A stretch of DNA of 64,000 bases from assembly GCF_000143415.4 (NCBI RefSeq), contig NW_003314287.1, positions 890,203 to 954,202 of the forward strand, in the 5' to 3' direction. Shown here piece after piece: positions 11,363-24,293 of the stretch (the stretch's first letter is position 1; the number at the start of each line of letters is the position of its first letter). The position numbers and the translations under genes were made by a program. Source of the DNA: Selaginella moellendorffii. Its lineage: Eukaryota; Plantae; Lycopodiophyta. Under the pieces are notes generated by a model. The model saw only the letters and a program-made list of their open reading frames with translations, did not search any database and was not told the DNA's origin.

Positions 11363-14003
11363 TTGCATAACTAACTTAAATAGCCTTTGATAAAAACAAT
11401 GCAATTGTTGGAAAGCATTGTCACAATCCCTTGTATGTTCAAAAAACTTCTAGAAGAATGCTCAAATCCTCACAAGTTGTTGCATTCAAACCATTATATA
11501 ATTGCAACACCATCCTTTGAAGATAGATGGGAAACTTATGCAAATACCAGGTGTTGTCCCATGAATAAAATGATCAAACTAATGATATATATCATCCCCA
11601 AGATTCCTTCGGAAGAAATTTGGCTAGACTCAAAGATTGGCATGAAGAATTGAACTACATATTATGAACGTTGCTATCAACTAAGTTTAATCATTTACAT
11701 AGATTGAATATACACAAACTGCTACTCCATAATTAGAGGAGGAGGAGGAAGTAGCAACTGCTGCAAAGGAGGAGATGACTAATGTATGGATGTCAAAGAA
11801 GATAAGAAAGAGGAGGCTTTAAGCAATTCAAGAAGACCTAAGCAAATAACTTGTGGCCTCACACTATCTAGGAATGAGAAAGGAACAAATGGTGTATGGC
11901 CTCATACCATTTTAGATACCAGCATGCAAGTATAATCTCTTTAACCTAGATTTTTGGCACATACTTATAGCAACATATTGTCTAATGTTATTAACTTGAG
12001 CCATTATCATGTTACCTCTTTTCCAATTTCCTATATTGTTGCATGGAACTCTTTGTTCTATTTCACCAGCTTCCCTTTTACAACCATTTTCATGTTGACC
12101 AGATAGAGGGAAATATTTGGGAAATTGTGGGGATAGATCCCTATAGCAAGTAGCAGCTGGAGCTAGATTTCACTATGAGCAGTGGCCAGAAGACAAAAAG
12201 GAGGAGGCAAATACTATTAATACTTTCACTTATCAATCATTTATCTATCTTGCCATGTGTTTAACATTGCAAACTAATAAATCTACATGTGTTTCCTTTT
12301 CAAAATCCACTTTCTCCATTGTTGAAAGCTTGAGCTAGTGCTAGTCATTCCATCCTCACCAAGGACAGAACAAATGATAATTGAATCAGCCATAGATAAG
12401 CTCACCAACTTGCTGAGAAGAAAAGGCAGCCTATTGGAAAACTCCTTACTAAGAAATTAATATTTTTGCCTGTAAAGGTTTTTAAAAAAAAGGTTTAAGA
12501 TTATAAATATTCAAATGTTTATAGATGCCATTAGTCATTGTTATAACATTGAATCTTAATGATAGAAAGATATTATATTATGAATATTCTAAAACAGTTT
12601 CATATATAACAGCTTTTCTTACCAAAAATTTAGATATATATACTAATAATTTGATAAAACAAAAATATTAAAGAAATTAAATCTTATCTCTTGTTTTATC
12701 ATCTCAGTTTGACTAGAAGTGATTTGGAGATAATAACATGAGATTTAAAGACAAGAAAAACAATCAAGATTTAGGATATAGTCTATAGATTAGATTAAAA
12801 TGATGACGATGCTTTGATTTGCTGGAAGTATTTTTTGGATTTCATCAAGGAGGAAGCTTGAGCATCAAAATATTAAAAAAAGATTAAACAGGAATATTTA
12901 AACTATTCTAGAGGATATAAATGGAAAAATGTCAATATTTCTATGATAATGTCATTTGATATTTATATTTTTAAAAATATATTCATTTTCTTGATATTAC
13001 CACCTGATACACTTTTACCCTTTGCAGTAAACATAGAGAGATAATGTGGGAGATATGTTTTTACTAAATTAATCTCAAGTGTAGTGTCTTAGTAGTTCAT
13101 CAAGAATTTAATTGAATTGTTTTTGCATGTACTTCTTTATTGTAATCAAAATTTAGCATATAATAAAAAATTATAGTTATAATATTTATAAATATTATAT
13201 TAATAAATCAATAAATTCATAAATTCATAATATGGTTGAATATTATTGTATTTTATAAATATTTTATAAAATCATTTTTAATAAGTTATTAATATAATTC
13301 TACAAGTAATTATTTTTTATGTTAAAATTATTTAACTATTATTTTTTTGTATGAGGTCAGGTGTACAAATACTATTATTAGATAGCTGTCACATTAGATT
13401 TAATCTGGACCAATTACTCTTATATATAAAGTAGAGTTTTAGGCTAATGTAAATATGTATATTTTTATATTTTAGACTCTCATATTCATAGAGTTGAAGG
13501 GCAACTCTAACTATCCTAGAGTGCTTAAATTTATACCTTTCCTCTTTCATTTCAAATTTAGTTTTCCCAGGTTGTCCATTTCTTTTCATTCATTCCTTTA
13601 TCCATAGAGGTGAAATTTATGCAGTTTTTAATGGCATGTGAGTGTAGTTAAACAATCAATCTTAATTGATGGTGATACTTATGGTCCTCTTGCTCTTGTT
13701 GCCAATCTTTGAGTCTAGCCATATTTCTTCCATAAGAATCTTGGGATGATGTGTATCATTAGCTTGATCACTTTATAGTGATCACACTTTATCATTTTTA
13801 GGGCAACACTTCATGCTTGTGTAAGTTTCCCATTTGTCTTTAAGGGAGTTGTAATGGTACAATGGTTTAAATGTGGCAACTTATGGGGATTAGAGCATTT
13901 TTTAAAAGCTTTCATTTGTATATTTAAACATGTTGACATTGTGATAATGTTTTCTAACAATTACATCGTCTTTGTCATGGGCTATATGAGTCAGTTTTGC
14001 AAC
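11363..14003. repeat. Diverged inverted repeat pair (~330 bp each) at 11363-11690 and 13660-14003
   Basis: GGAAGAAATTTGGCTAGACTCAAAGATTGGCA (~11611) matches the reverse complement of TGCCAATCTTTGAGTCTAGCCATATTTCTTCC (~13700). Similarity continues through ATGGGAAACTTA and ATGCTCAAATCCTCACAAGTTG. Confidence 0.8.
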
Positions 14004-17000
14004 TTAATATTTATTTATAAAGCTTTTTGCTTTGTACAAAGTTAGATATATATCAAAACAAATCAAGTTGTTGAAAAGTGTTGATAAATTATCAAAGTAG
14101 AATGAAAAATTTAATCGCTTACAAGAATTTATATCAAACTATGGCCAACACTTTCTCTTGAATTTGAGTCATACTATAGCCAACACTTTTTCCTGAATTT
14201 GAGTGAACTGAGAATCATAATCTCACTACAATCTTTCCTTTTCCTATCTAGAAATATAAAAAGTTTACCATCAATATTGCCATGGTTGTGGCTGTATATA
14301 CATTATGGGCTCTCATAACAATTTTTTTTCAAGCTCTTGAGATTGCAACTTCAACATTCACTAAGAAAGCACTCATTTGCCTTGAATTCCAAGCATCATG
14401 ATTAGCTGCAACTTGGTTTGGATGAAATCCATTCCAAGAATTGGGGAGATCATTGATAAATAATGTTGGAACAAAATCAAACAAGTTAATGAGATATTCT
14501 GCCAAGTTACATGAATGCAACGGTTAGCTATAAGATCATGCAAATAATCTATATCTCTACAAGCTCAACTTTAAGACCAACTGCAAGATGAATGAATGGA
14601 AGAAATTTTGTGTTTTTCTTTCCTCTCTCCAATCTGGCATTCAAGGTTTTGTGAGAAGATAGTAACAGCCACTGAGTGGCAGCAAACATAAAAACATTGG
14701 TAACTCACGAAAAAAGTACATAAACATGTATATGCCAAGAAAAAGAAAGAAAACAATAAAAAAAGGAAGTTTTTGAAATCAATTTATGAGGCTAATTTTG
14801 CAATGGTGCAAGAGAGGGATTTCTCTATATTGTCTTGTGTAGCTTGTAATCCTCATACTCAAAGTATAGATCAACTTGGCTTGGTGCCATGGCCATGCTA
14901 ACTAATAGGATCCCAAGGCACCTCTAGACTCTATACTAGAGGTTGCTCTACATTGGCAGTTGCCATGGCAACCACACACCACTCAGCCACAACCAATGCG
15001 GAGGGCTATATAACACTATGGATCTACCTATCTAGAAGATGAAGGATGAGAACTTGGCATTGCCATGGCAGCCATTGCTAAGGCTTGGCATTCCTTAGTG
15101 TCACTATGGCAGCTGAGTCATTGAGCCATTGTGTGGGAGTTTTACTAGCCATAACCCTAATAAATGGAAATTTTTGTAAGTGTTAAATTTGTAAGTATTG
15201 AATGCCTTGCAGATAAATAGCTAATATATATTTAAAAAATGTATATCTAGATTTTAAAAGAATTGAATGATTTTTCTGAACTATAACTAATGTACACATA
15301 GTTTCTAAACTTGTAGTATATACCTCTTAAACTACTTTTATTACTTTAAACTATGATATTTATAGATAGTAAAGATTGATAAAGTTTAGTGAAACTAGAT
15401 ATTTAAATATGAGAAAAATCTATTAGAATTTAAAAATAGAGGGAAATAATCTAGGAACAAGTTTTTTTTTTAAAAATAATTTCAAATTTGACCAAATGTC
15501 AATGTGCTGTGATTCCCTTAGCCAATCAACAAAGTCAAATCTGATATAATCTCTTTAGTTTGGACTTCCAAATATACCACCCATCTCAATACTATTTCAA
15601 AATTGAATAACATTTAACTTTAGTGCACTCTAATAAATTTTGTCTCAAAAGTGTTCCCTTTAGTTAATTACAAATATCTAGTAGTCCAATTTTACTTTTG
15701 CTCGGCTAAACCCAAAGTGTAAAGTGCTAAGAGAGAGTAACGCTTAGCATAAAAGATTATAAGTAATCAAAAAGAACAACTTATAAAACATTATTCAAAA
15801 ATAAAGTGAATGGCCTATGTATAACATGTACTTTATTTCTTGATTGGTCAAAGATTAAAACTTAATCATCTTTAAGTTTGAAAAGTGGACCTCCCAAAAG
15901 TTTAAACTGAGGAACTTTACAATTCAATTATAGAAGGAAAGGTGTTAAGTGTGCCTAAATAAAAACTGAATATTAATTTTTCTTGGGTTTGAATAGTACA
16001 ACTTACAATTTATAACTATAAAAATGCAAGTAAAATTTTTATTAATAATTTGGTTCTATACTTAATATTTCAAACTGCTCTTTATGTTCCAATCTAGATA
16101 CTCCAAAATCAAAATTGGAACTTCACCTCAAAATTGGAACTCTACTGAGCAAAGAGGACTTTATTGGGTCAGCTAAACCATGTTACTCTTTAACATTTCC
16201 ACTGTCACGCACCATGGAAACTTCGACTAGCTTTGGTCTTTAGCCTCAGGCTGAGGAATCATTGGATGGCCTGGCAGATGAGCCCGGCAGAGTGCAAATA
16301 TAGACGCCAGAAAAGCGGGTGCTCCATAGGGTGCACCTCCAGAAGTACGCACTCGGGGTGTGGTAGGTTATGTACTTGTTCCAACCAGGGATTTGAGGTG
16401 GGCGATGTGCTTGCTCGTCAAGTTTGCGGACAAGTGGAATGAATCCTATGGTGTCATCGCACAAGATGCCCAGTTGAGCAAACACTCCCAAGCGAAGCAC
16501 GTCACTTGAATGATGAGAGGCATGCGGTTCCTTCCATCGCCCAACTACAGCGTCAACGAGCCAACGAGATACTTGACATGGTTGCGGCACTTGTCCAGGC
16601 AGCCCCTCGGACCTGCACACAGATTGAGATCAGCCCGACCAGATATTATTATTTTACCCACACTTCCTTATAATAAGATAATTCGGTTGTGAATGCTTAA
16701 CTCTTGGATTACTCCACCAGGTTCATTTTCTTGTGAATTCAAACACTTATAGGTTGACCAGATTATACCAAATTGATTTTCACAACAGTGACTGTTATGA
16801 CAACACCATATATGAAGTAAGAAATACGTCCTGATTGCCCGATAATTGAGCCGGCCAGCTAGCCAGCCATTTGATCACGACCCAAGCGTCGGTGCAATGA
16901 CGAGTTAACAATTCCCATGGGTATGAATAAGAAAATGATCCGGGCAGACATCATCATACTGGTAAACGATAAACAAAGAGGACTTTTTCTTTGAATTCTT

Positions 17001-17686
17001 TATTTCCTTCTCTTGCTTTTGGGTGTTCTTGAAAGCAACACCTTCCTTCGTCACCCTCAGTTGGATAAACACACACCCCAACTAGGTAGAACAAATGAAA
17101 GTGGCGCATTGTTTCCTAGGCCAACATTTGACCCCAAATTTTATACTCCTCCATCTGATCATCTCATTCCATTTTGCGGCGAAACGTGCGAAAACAAAGA
17201 AAAAACTGGCATACTACCACATCGTGAATATAAACAAAACAAATTTCCAGCCAAATCTTATCATAACAAACCACTTGTGCTCAACTTACCATGCCATCCA
17301 TTTGAGAGTAAGACGTTGTAGCCAATCAGCGAAGTTGAAGTTGAAACTTTCTTAGGAGAGCCTGACAAGTCACAAGAAAGATAGAAAAATTCAATCCAAG
17401 CTACCCCAAAATCTTGTCGTCTGAAAAGGGACGGCGATCGATCATCAATCCAACCATGTTTATTCTCCAAAATTTTTCCTTTTCCAACACATTACTGAAA
17501 GCTAGCTTTCCCTCTTGTGTGTCTACCATCTTTTTTTACAACACACTCACGATGCACACGAACACAAATCTCCCCCTCCTTCGATCGTACAAGTCATGTT
17601 GTGTGAAAATCCCTCCAGCAAATGCCCAGCCTGGGAAAATGCCGCATGTGTCTTTGTCAGTTGTGCCTAGTCGTTATACTTTCTGC

Positions 17687-19828
17687 TCAGATCCAAGCCC
17701 CAACGCCATTGAGCGGCATTCCCCGCCACCCTAGGATCAAGAACCCCTCCTGGTTCGTCAGCGTATATCCATCCGAGTAGTAGAGCTTGAGAAGAAGGCT
17801 GGCCTGGTTGATCGCCTTGTGGCTCATGGACACGGCTCGGAAGCCCACGCCCTCCATCCTGGCGTTCCACGCCCGCATCGACTCGTGCCGCTCCACGCGC
17901 TCGCTACCCTCGCACGCGATCATGTTGCGCAGCTTCTGCGCCGCGATGAGCTCCTCGAGTTTCTTCCGCCCGGGGAGCGTCCCAGGCATGTGTAGCGACG
18001 CATCGAACGCGTCAAACACGGCCGAGTAGTAGTGGAGGCAGGCCATGAAGCGGTGCATGAAATCGGGGCTGTTGTGATCCGCGTCGTTCTCGGCCATCAC
18101 CACCAGCCTCGGCCGCAGCGAGCGCAGCCCCTGCAGGAACTGGTCGAGGTCACGCTTGAGGAACCGGTGGAACTGGCACAGGCTGTTGACGAGCACCGCC
18201 TCGCCATCGCGGAGCTCCACCATCCCGGCGTGGAAGTCCTCGAGCTCCACTCTGAGAATGCAGTACTCGAAGGGCACCCCCAGCGATCGGGCGCAGTCTA
18301 GAAGCTTGCTCCCGGCCTCCTGGAGGTCGCGCAGCGAGGAGCCAACGGCGGTCATGCGCACGACGGGCGGGCCGCCGGGGCGCATGGCCAGCGACTGGAG
18401 GAAGGAGGGCCACTGCGCGCCATACCAGACCTGGAAGTCGACGACGTGGATGGCGCGCTCGCGGTCGGCGGCCTCGAGCAGGATCTGGTTCATGGTGAGG
18501 TGCGTGAACTTGCCGATGGGGATGTACTCGTAGAAGACCCAAAAGGCCTCGAGCATGTCGCTGCGCGTGGCGCTGCTCAGCTGCTGGAGGCTGTGGTCGG
18601 CGATGAGGCCCTGGAAGTGGGAGGAGCGGGTGTTGCGGCTGAGGCGCGCCACCAGGGCCTCGGTCACGTACGAGGCCAGCCGCTGCATGGGGCTGCCATG
18701 GGGGACGACGAGCGCGCGGAGCTGGACGAGAATGGCGCGGGCGAGGTCGAGGTTGTCGATGGCCACAGCGCCGGCGCAGCTGAGGAGCATCCGGACGAGG
18801 CGGAGCTGCTGGTCCACGGGCTCGAATTTGGGAAAGTTGTTGCTATGGTGTCGCTGCTGCTGCTGCTGCTGCTGCTGTTGACCAAGGTGGTGGTGGTGAT
18901 TGCTGTTGTAATCTCCTCCTCCTGCCCTGGAAACCCCCCCGCCACCCAATGCCACCATCTCTTGCTTCATGGGTTGGATCACTAGCTGCTGATGTTCTTG
19001 GTGATGTTCTTGGGGGTGGTGGTGACGGTGGTGATGGTAATCGAGTTCTTCCAGCTTTGGGTTGATGAAAGCCCGCTGCTCCGACTGGACGCAGACGCTA
19101 GTGGTGGTGGAGCCCGGGCTGAGCTGCGGAGTCCTTGGGTGAGGGGGAGGAGTCCTAGGATTGAAACACGAACCTTGGGAGATGCTGGACAGCCGGGGGT
19201 TTGCCACCGGCAAGGAAATGCCCTGTTGCGGGACCTGCGCCCGTGCCGAGACTGGTGTCAGGGGTGGTAAAGAGCTTGACGACATCTGTCCCGGGGGGCT
19301 GGCGGCACTGCTGCTGCTGCTGCTGTCGATCTCGCCGGCCAGCTCGCCGGCCAGGCGCTCGATCTCCAATTCGCCTGGCGCCCGCTTGGGCAATTGTATC
19401 ATGCCATGGCCCTGCTGCGTGAAACCCGCCAGGAGCTCCTGAATCTCCATAGCGTCGTCCTGATCCCTCTCAAAGAACCCACTATCGAAATCACTGCTGT
19501 GGTAGTGCAGCTGCTGCTGCTCGTGGACGTAATCCAGCACCGAAATCGGCGTTGTCTGGAGTCCATTGCCGCCGAACACGTCCCCGAAATCGCAGCACGG
19601 GTCGATGTAGAGGTGGTGGTCCTGCGCCTGCGAATTGATGGATCCCCAATCCTTGCAGTCGAAGATGGATTGCTGCTGCTGTTGCTGCTGCTGCCAGTCG
19701 GCGATTGGGTCGGCGAGGAAGAGATCGCTCTCGATGAACATGGTTGACGCTAGCTCCTCCGCCACTCCACCGCACTCACCTCTCGTCGATCCACCCCCGC
19801 CGTAGACCACTGCTCCTAGAGATCCCAT
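17687..19828 (-). CDS. GRAS-family transcriptional regulator (DLT/SCL28- or RAM1-related), intronless
   Basis: 713-aa ORF with a disordered poly-Q/H N-terminus, LHRI (LLSCAGAV...PMQRLASYVTEAL), IHVVDF (VHIID), QWPSFLQSLA, PFEY, RVERHE and terminal GW...GAW. Confidence 0.96.
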   Translation of the reverse strand: MGSLGAVVYGGGGSTRGECGGVAEELASTMFIESDLFLADPIADWQQQQQQQQSIFDCKDWGSINSQAQDHHLYIDPCCDFGDVFGGNGLQTTPISVLDYVHEQQQLHYHSSDFDSGFFERDQDDAMEIQELLAGFTQQGHGMIQLPKRAPGELEIERLAGELAGEIDSSSSSSAASPPGQMSSSSLPPLTPVSARAQVPQQGISLPVANPRLSSISQGSCFNPRTPPPHPRTPQLSPGSTTTSVCVQSEQRAFINPKLEELDYHHHRHHHPQEHHQEHQQLVIQPMKQEMVALGGGGVSRAGGGDYNSNHHHHLGQQQQQQQQQRHHSNNFPKFEPVDQQLRLVRMLLSCAGAVAIDNLDLARAILVQLRALVVPHGSPMQRLASYVTEALVARLSRNTRSSHFQGLIADHSLQQLSSATRSDMLEAFWVFYEYIPIGKFTHLTMNQILLEAADRERAIHVVDFQVWYGAQWPSFLQSLAMRPGGPPVVRMTAVGSSLRDLQEAGSKLLDCARSLGVPFEYCILRVELEDFHAGMVELRDGEAVLVNSLCQFHRFLKRDLDQFLQGLRSLRPRLVVMAENDADHNSPDFMHRFMACLHYYSAVFDAFDASLHMPGTLPGRKKLEELIAAQKLRNMIACEGSERVERHESMRAWNARMEGVGFRAVSMSHKAINQASLLLKLYYSDGYTLTNQEGFLILGWRGMPLNGVGAWI

Positions 19829-21299
19829 TGCCGGACGAGGAACAGTGGCACCATCATGTAGAGCCTTCCTCGATCGCGATCATCAAGCGGTGACCTTGGT
19901 GGTCGGCGAGATCACGACGCTCCTTGCCGGCAAAGTACCCCTTGTTGAACAACACTTGGAAGCCTTCCACTCCTTCCTCCTCTTCTTCTTTTTCTTCTTC
20001 TACTCGTACCCGTGCTGTTGCTGGCCACCACATTCCAAGGAAGAAAGCGAAGTGAGTAGACAAGTAGAACGGCTCGATCCAATTCCCTGCCAAACAATCT
20101 AAAACGTGTAGCCGGGGCACACCCAACAGAGAAGGAACACTTCGATCAGCTGACAACTCACAAGGATTGGAGAACAGCGAACTAGAACTTCGCGGAGACA
20201 AAGAATTGCCAGTTACCCTCTTTCACCCTCCCTCTTCCTTCTGGGTATTTGGCTAAATGTTGTGGATAGAGCAGCAGATGGTGGACTGGATCCTAGCCAT
20301 TACTTACACGGAAGGAACTGGACGTGTATGATTTGTCCGTACGGAACTTTCTATGGGTAAGTGTGAGAGTATGTATGTGTTTGTATTCTTCTCTGGCTCT
20401 TGTGTGCACCAGGACAGACACAAGAAGCTGATTGATTGACAATAAACTAGCTAGGACCAAAAAAACTTGTTCTTGCTTATCCTCTTGCACACTCCTTCGT
20501 TTGTCCCCCTCAATGAGAGCTGGAGGAGAGAGAGCTTTGGACTTTTTTTCACTCACTGGGGCAGCTAGAAATTTTATGTGTGCAAGCCACCTATAGATTT
20601 GGGAGACGAGGAGAAACGCTCAAGACCTCTGGACTATGGTGCTCAAGGCAAGGCAAGGAAGGAGGAAGGGGATGGTGTTTGGGATAGGAGGGCTTAAATG
20701 GGGGCAAGGAATGGGATTGAGATGAGTGAATAGAGACTTCCACTAACAACAAACAGTGGCAATTCCTTCTGGTTCTGTTTCTACTTCTTTTTCTCCTTCC
20801 TGCCCCTTGCTTTGTTTTTGTTCTCATCTATCATCCCAAAGGCCCACAGCCCAACATATTAAAGAAGATGGTATAGTATGATTTGTTAAGTCTGTGTTAG
20901 TGTAAGTGAGTGAGTGATTGATGGATTGACCTGTTTCTGCATAGTGTGGTGTCTTGGGAGAAAAATCAAAACAAATAGGGGCAATGTGCATGCATGTCAT
21001 TGACAGTGAAAGTAAAAAAGAAGACAATAGGGAAGTGGATAAGCATTGCAAGAGGGGATGGTGTGGCCAACAACAGGAGGAAAAGAAGGGGTTGGATATA
21101 TCAACAAGTGTTGGTTGAGTCAACAACAAGGGCTTTTTTTGGTGGGGCAGGGTACAAGATTAATTGTTGAAGTGGGCAGAATTCTACTACTTTTCCATTT
21201 AATTCATCTCTAACAATTAAAAAAGCACACAGTGGACTCTAAAAACTATTCATTGACCAATCAACATGGGATGGATTGGGATTCAAAGGTAGAATCATG

Positions 21300-21412
21300 A
21301 CACGTTGACATCGGACGGTCCTGTTTGAAAATAGAATATTCCGCCCATCGGACGGTGGTAGGCCACCCGGCACGTGCCGCGCGCGAGCGATGGGCGTTTG
21401 ATTGGGCGGGTC
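21300..21412. promoter_or_regulatory. GC-rich cis-element cluster upstream of the GRAS gene
   Basis: ATCGGACGGT twice (21310, 21347), G-box CACGTG (21371), reverse CCAAT (21401) and GC box GGGCGGG, inside otherwise AT-rich sequence. Confidence 0.45.
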
Positions 21413-22460
21413 TGATACGCCCTCACGCCCTCCTTTTCGTGTAGATTGGGGGGGAGGGGGGGCGCCGGGGGATTTTTTGTTTCTTTGTTTGCTGTTGAAT
21501 CGCCAACAAGTGATATTGTGCCATGGACAGAAAAATGACGGAAAAAAAGATTAAACTAGATTGATTTATTTTTCAACGTGGGGCCTCTCTTGTGGTTTTT
21601 AGTATGGGTGCTCCAATTTGTTTTTTCCTTCTTTCATTTCTTTTGGCTGTAAAGCAATTCCACAACCCCATCTCTCTTTCTTGATTCGAAGAGCCGCTTG
21701 TGTGTATGGAGTGGACATCGTAGGAGCTCGCCACCTCGCATCCCATAAAGCTCATAAAATTTTGCTCGAATTTGATGCACCTAAAGGTTAAATTGTACAC
21801 GAAAGGTACCGTGTGGGAGATCTCCTTATTATAATGTTTTTTTAGCTTTATGAAATCAAAGAACTCAGATAGATAGATATGTTTTAAGTCCCGTTTAGGC
21901 CTGGGACCATACTAAAATTTGCTAATGTTTTCTGATAAAAAGCAAAAAGATTCATCCAAAACCAAATCCACAGAGAAGTTCCCTTTTCCATTTTTTTTAA
22001 TTTTCTTTCCCTCCGAGAGCGACTTTGTTATGGATGACGCACCACCAAAGCACGCGAAGGTCTCGTATATATTTTTCTCTATGTATATATATTCTTCTAT
22101 ATTTTTCATGTCATAACATTAGAGCTCGTCTCAGCTCATTCATCAGTGTGTTGTCCTTGTCTCGTCGATTTATACTGTGTGATCTTCATCGAATAGACGA
22201 GGGACGCGGCAACAACTCGGATAATAAAAAGCGATATTAACAAAGTACCTCTCTTTTCTTTTCTCGTGAGAAACATCCATAATCACGCAATCTTTCAAGA
22301 GCATCCCTTCTCTCTTTTATAAATCTCCACAATCATCTCAATTTCCGGAATCTTTCTCTCAGTGGTCTGCAAGTAGATTGATTAAGCTGGTTAGTGGAAC
22401 AACACAAGAATCATATGCTTACCAGTGCCAAGTGAAAGGAAAATAAAAACTGTAGCGGAT

Positions 22461-24234
22461 TTACTTGAGTAGCATGCCGATTTGATCCTTTAGACTGCTC
22501 TTCTTCTTTGGTTTTGGCTGGATGGACCTTGTTTCCTCGATTGACTGTGGTGCCTCGACTGCCACTCTCGCCGGTGCTTCCATCACATCCCTTGGAACTA
22601 TTGCTGGCCTTGGAACTACTTCTGGCTCGGGCCTTTGCAAGTTAGCTTCCATCGCTTGAGGGGGAGCCGGAGCCTTCTTTGGGACGTAGCCTCCAAAGAG
22701 CATCCCGAGCATCTCATCCTCGAGAGTGTCAGTTGACACGAGCCTCGCAGCACCTGAAACAGTTTGCTCCTCTTGAGCTCGATCGCTTCCCGCGAACCCG
22801 GCCTCATCCCTTCCAACAGTGCTGACTCTTTCATGCTCGTAGCTTTCCCTGGTCGGTGCTTTACTACTCGAGCTTCCCGACTCATTCTCTGCTGCAGTAG
22901 CAGCTGACTTGCTTTTCCACCCGCTCAAAGCAAACATGGAATCGTTCAGCTTCGCTTTTTTCTTTGCTGGCTGGGTGGAAGTTCCGTTCACGTTGCCGGC
23001 GGCTAATGGCTTGGGGCTGTACTGTTTGTCTTCCACATTGGTCGTGAGGATAGCCTCAGGGCTGTCCTCGTGGTCAAGATTCTTTTAAAAAGGAAAGAGG
23101 CCACAGTTATCCGAGAGAAAACGAGAAAAAAAAGAGAGAGTACAATACCTGGTGAGCTATGCACATAAGTTCGTCCAGTGTCGCGTCTGTAGCCTCCTCG
23201 TCCTCCACGACTTTCTTTAGTTTCCGCTTGCTTTTCTTGGTGGCCTGGTCCTTTCCCACCTCGGGGGCCGGAGCTCGCTTGCAAAAAGCCTCGAAAGCTC
23301 CCTTCATGTCCACCCCACCGCTGGTATTTTCTGGCAAAGCCTCGTCACTCTCGGCTTTTCTCGATCTCCGCTGCGCTGCTTTAACAGCATCTGCACCTGG
23401 AGCTTCGTCAGCTGCTTTGTTCGCGGGTTTGTCTTTGCCTTGGTCGCTATCATCTCCCCTGTTCCTGGTTTGACGAGCGGTTGCTTTCTTAGCAGGTTTC
23501 ACTGGCTCCTCGTCATCTATAACTTCTTCCTCCGCGTCGTCAACTTTTTGCTTGCCTTTGGAACTCTTGGCTTTCCTGGCAGCGGGAGCTTTTCTCCCGG
23601 CGGAAGTCTGGGGCTCGTCGCCATCCTCCTCTTCCACCTTTTGCTTCTTTGATGCTCGCGCCTTCTTCGGCTTTTCGACGGCGGCAGCAGTCATCCATGC
23701 CGGCAGAGCTCGCCGTGCCCCCGGATCCGGAGTTACCTTCACTGGATTTCTCACCCATTCGATCGTTGGTAGTGTCTCTAGATCCTCCTCTTCCTCTCCT
23801 TTGATCTCGCTAGACGAAGCACCGTTTTTCAAGCAATGGAGCTGCACGGAAAAGAGTCTAGAACACTTTCAACCAAGAGGAAGAAACTAACGTGATTCGC
23901 GCGGTGAAGTAGCAAAGCTATGACGTGCTTACACATTCCCCTTCCAGCGGGACAGGAGCAGCGATACGTTGGTTGCTTGGATGCATCTGATGGATCGATG
24001 CTAATGCTCACATAGTAGCTATCCCCTGGACCGGAGCCTAGAAGCGACAGGAAAAGCGATCGATCACATCACCAGCGAAAAAAAAAAAACCTCACCTTCA
24101 CAGACAGCCGACGCCTTCTCGCAATCCTCCCCTACAAATTCCACCTCGTGGAGCTTCTTGGCCTTGATCAGCTCTTTCCCGCGCTTGAAAGCCGCATCGT
24201 TCACGAGCGCCTTGACGGAGGCCTCGTCTTCCAT
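22461..24234 (-). CDS. SWIM zinc-finger protein with a long disordered tail carrying an R-x-x-P-x-W Ku-binding-like motif (MRI/CYREN-like)
   Basis: Four in-frame exons 24234-24096, 24037-23892, 23841-23149 and 23081-22461 with GT-AG introns. Motifs: CSCPAGRGMCKH (SWIM), RRALPAWM, ATLDELMCIA, C-terminal KKKSSLKDQIGMLLK. Confidence 0.85.
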
Positions 24235-24293
24235 CGCCCCAGAGCTTCTTCCCTTCTGCCCTAATGTAATCGTCAAGGGTTTATAAGAACAAC

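Noticed and set aside
14329-14520. DLPNSWNGF resembling Copia gag
   Set aside because: A single weak motif with no supporting LTR, protease, integrase or RT.
14959-14972. Perfect palindrome GTTGCCATGGCAAC (RFX X-box consensus) with degenerate neighbours
   Set aside because: Land plants are not known to have RFX factors; more likely a TE sub-terminal repeat.
16233-16692. Short ORFs on both strands
   Set aside because: No recognisable domain or gene structure.
16845-16858. ATTGAGCCGGCCA, a partial miR171 similarity near a GRAS gene
   Set aside because: The match is too short and gapped, and no hairpin partner is evident.
17787-19775. Many alternative-frame and antisense ORFs over the GRAS CDS, and likewise over the PPR, PP2C and RanGAP genes
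   Set aside because: Shadow ORFs caused by high-GC codon usage.
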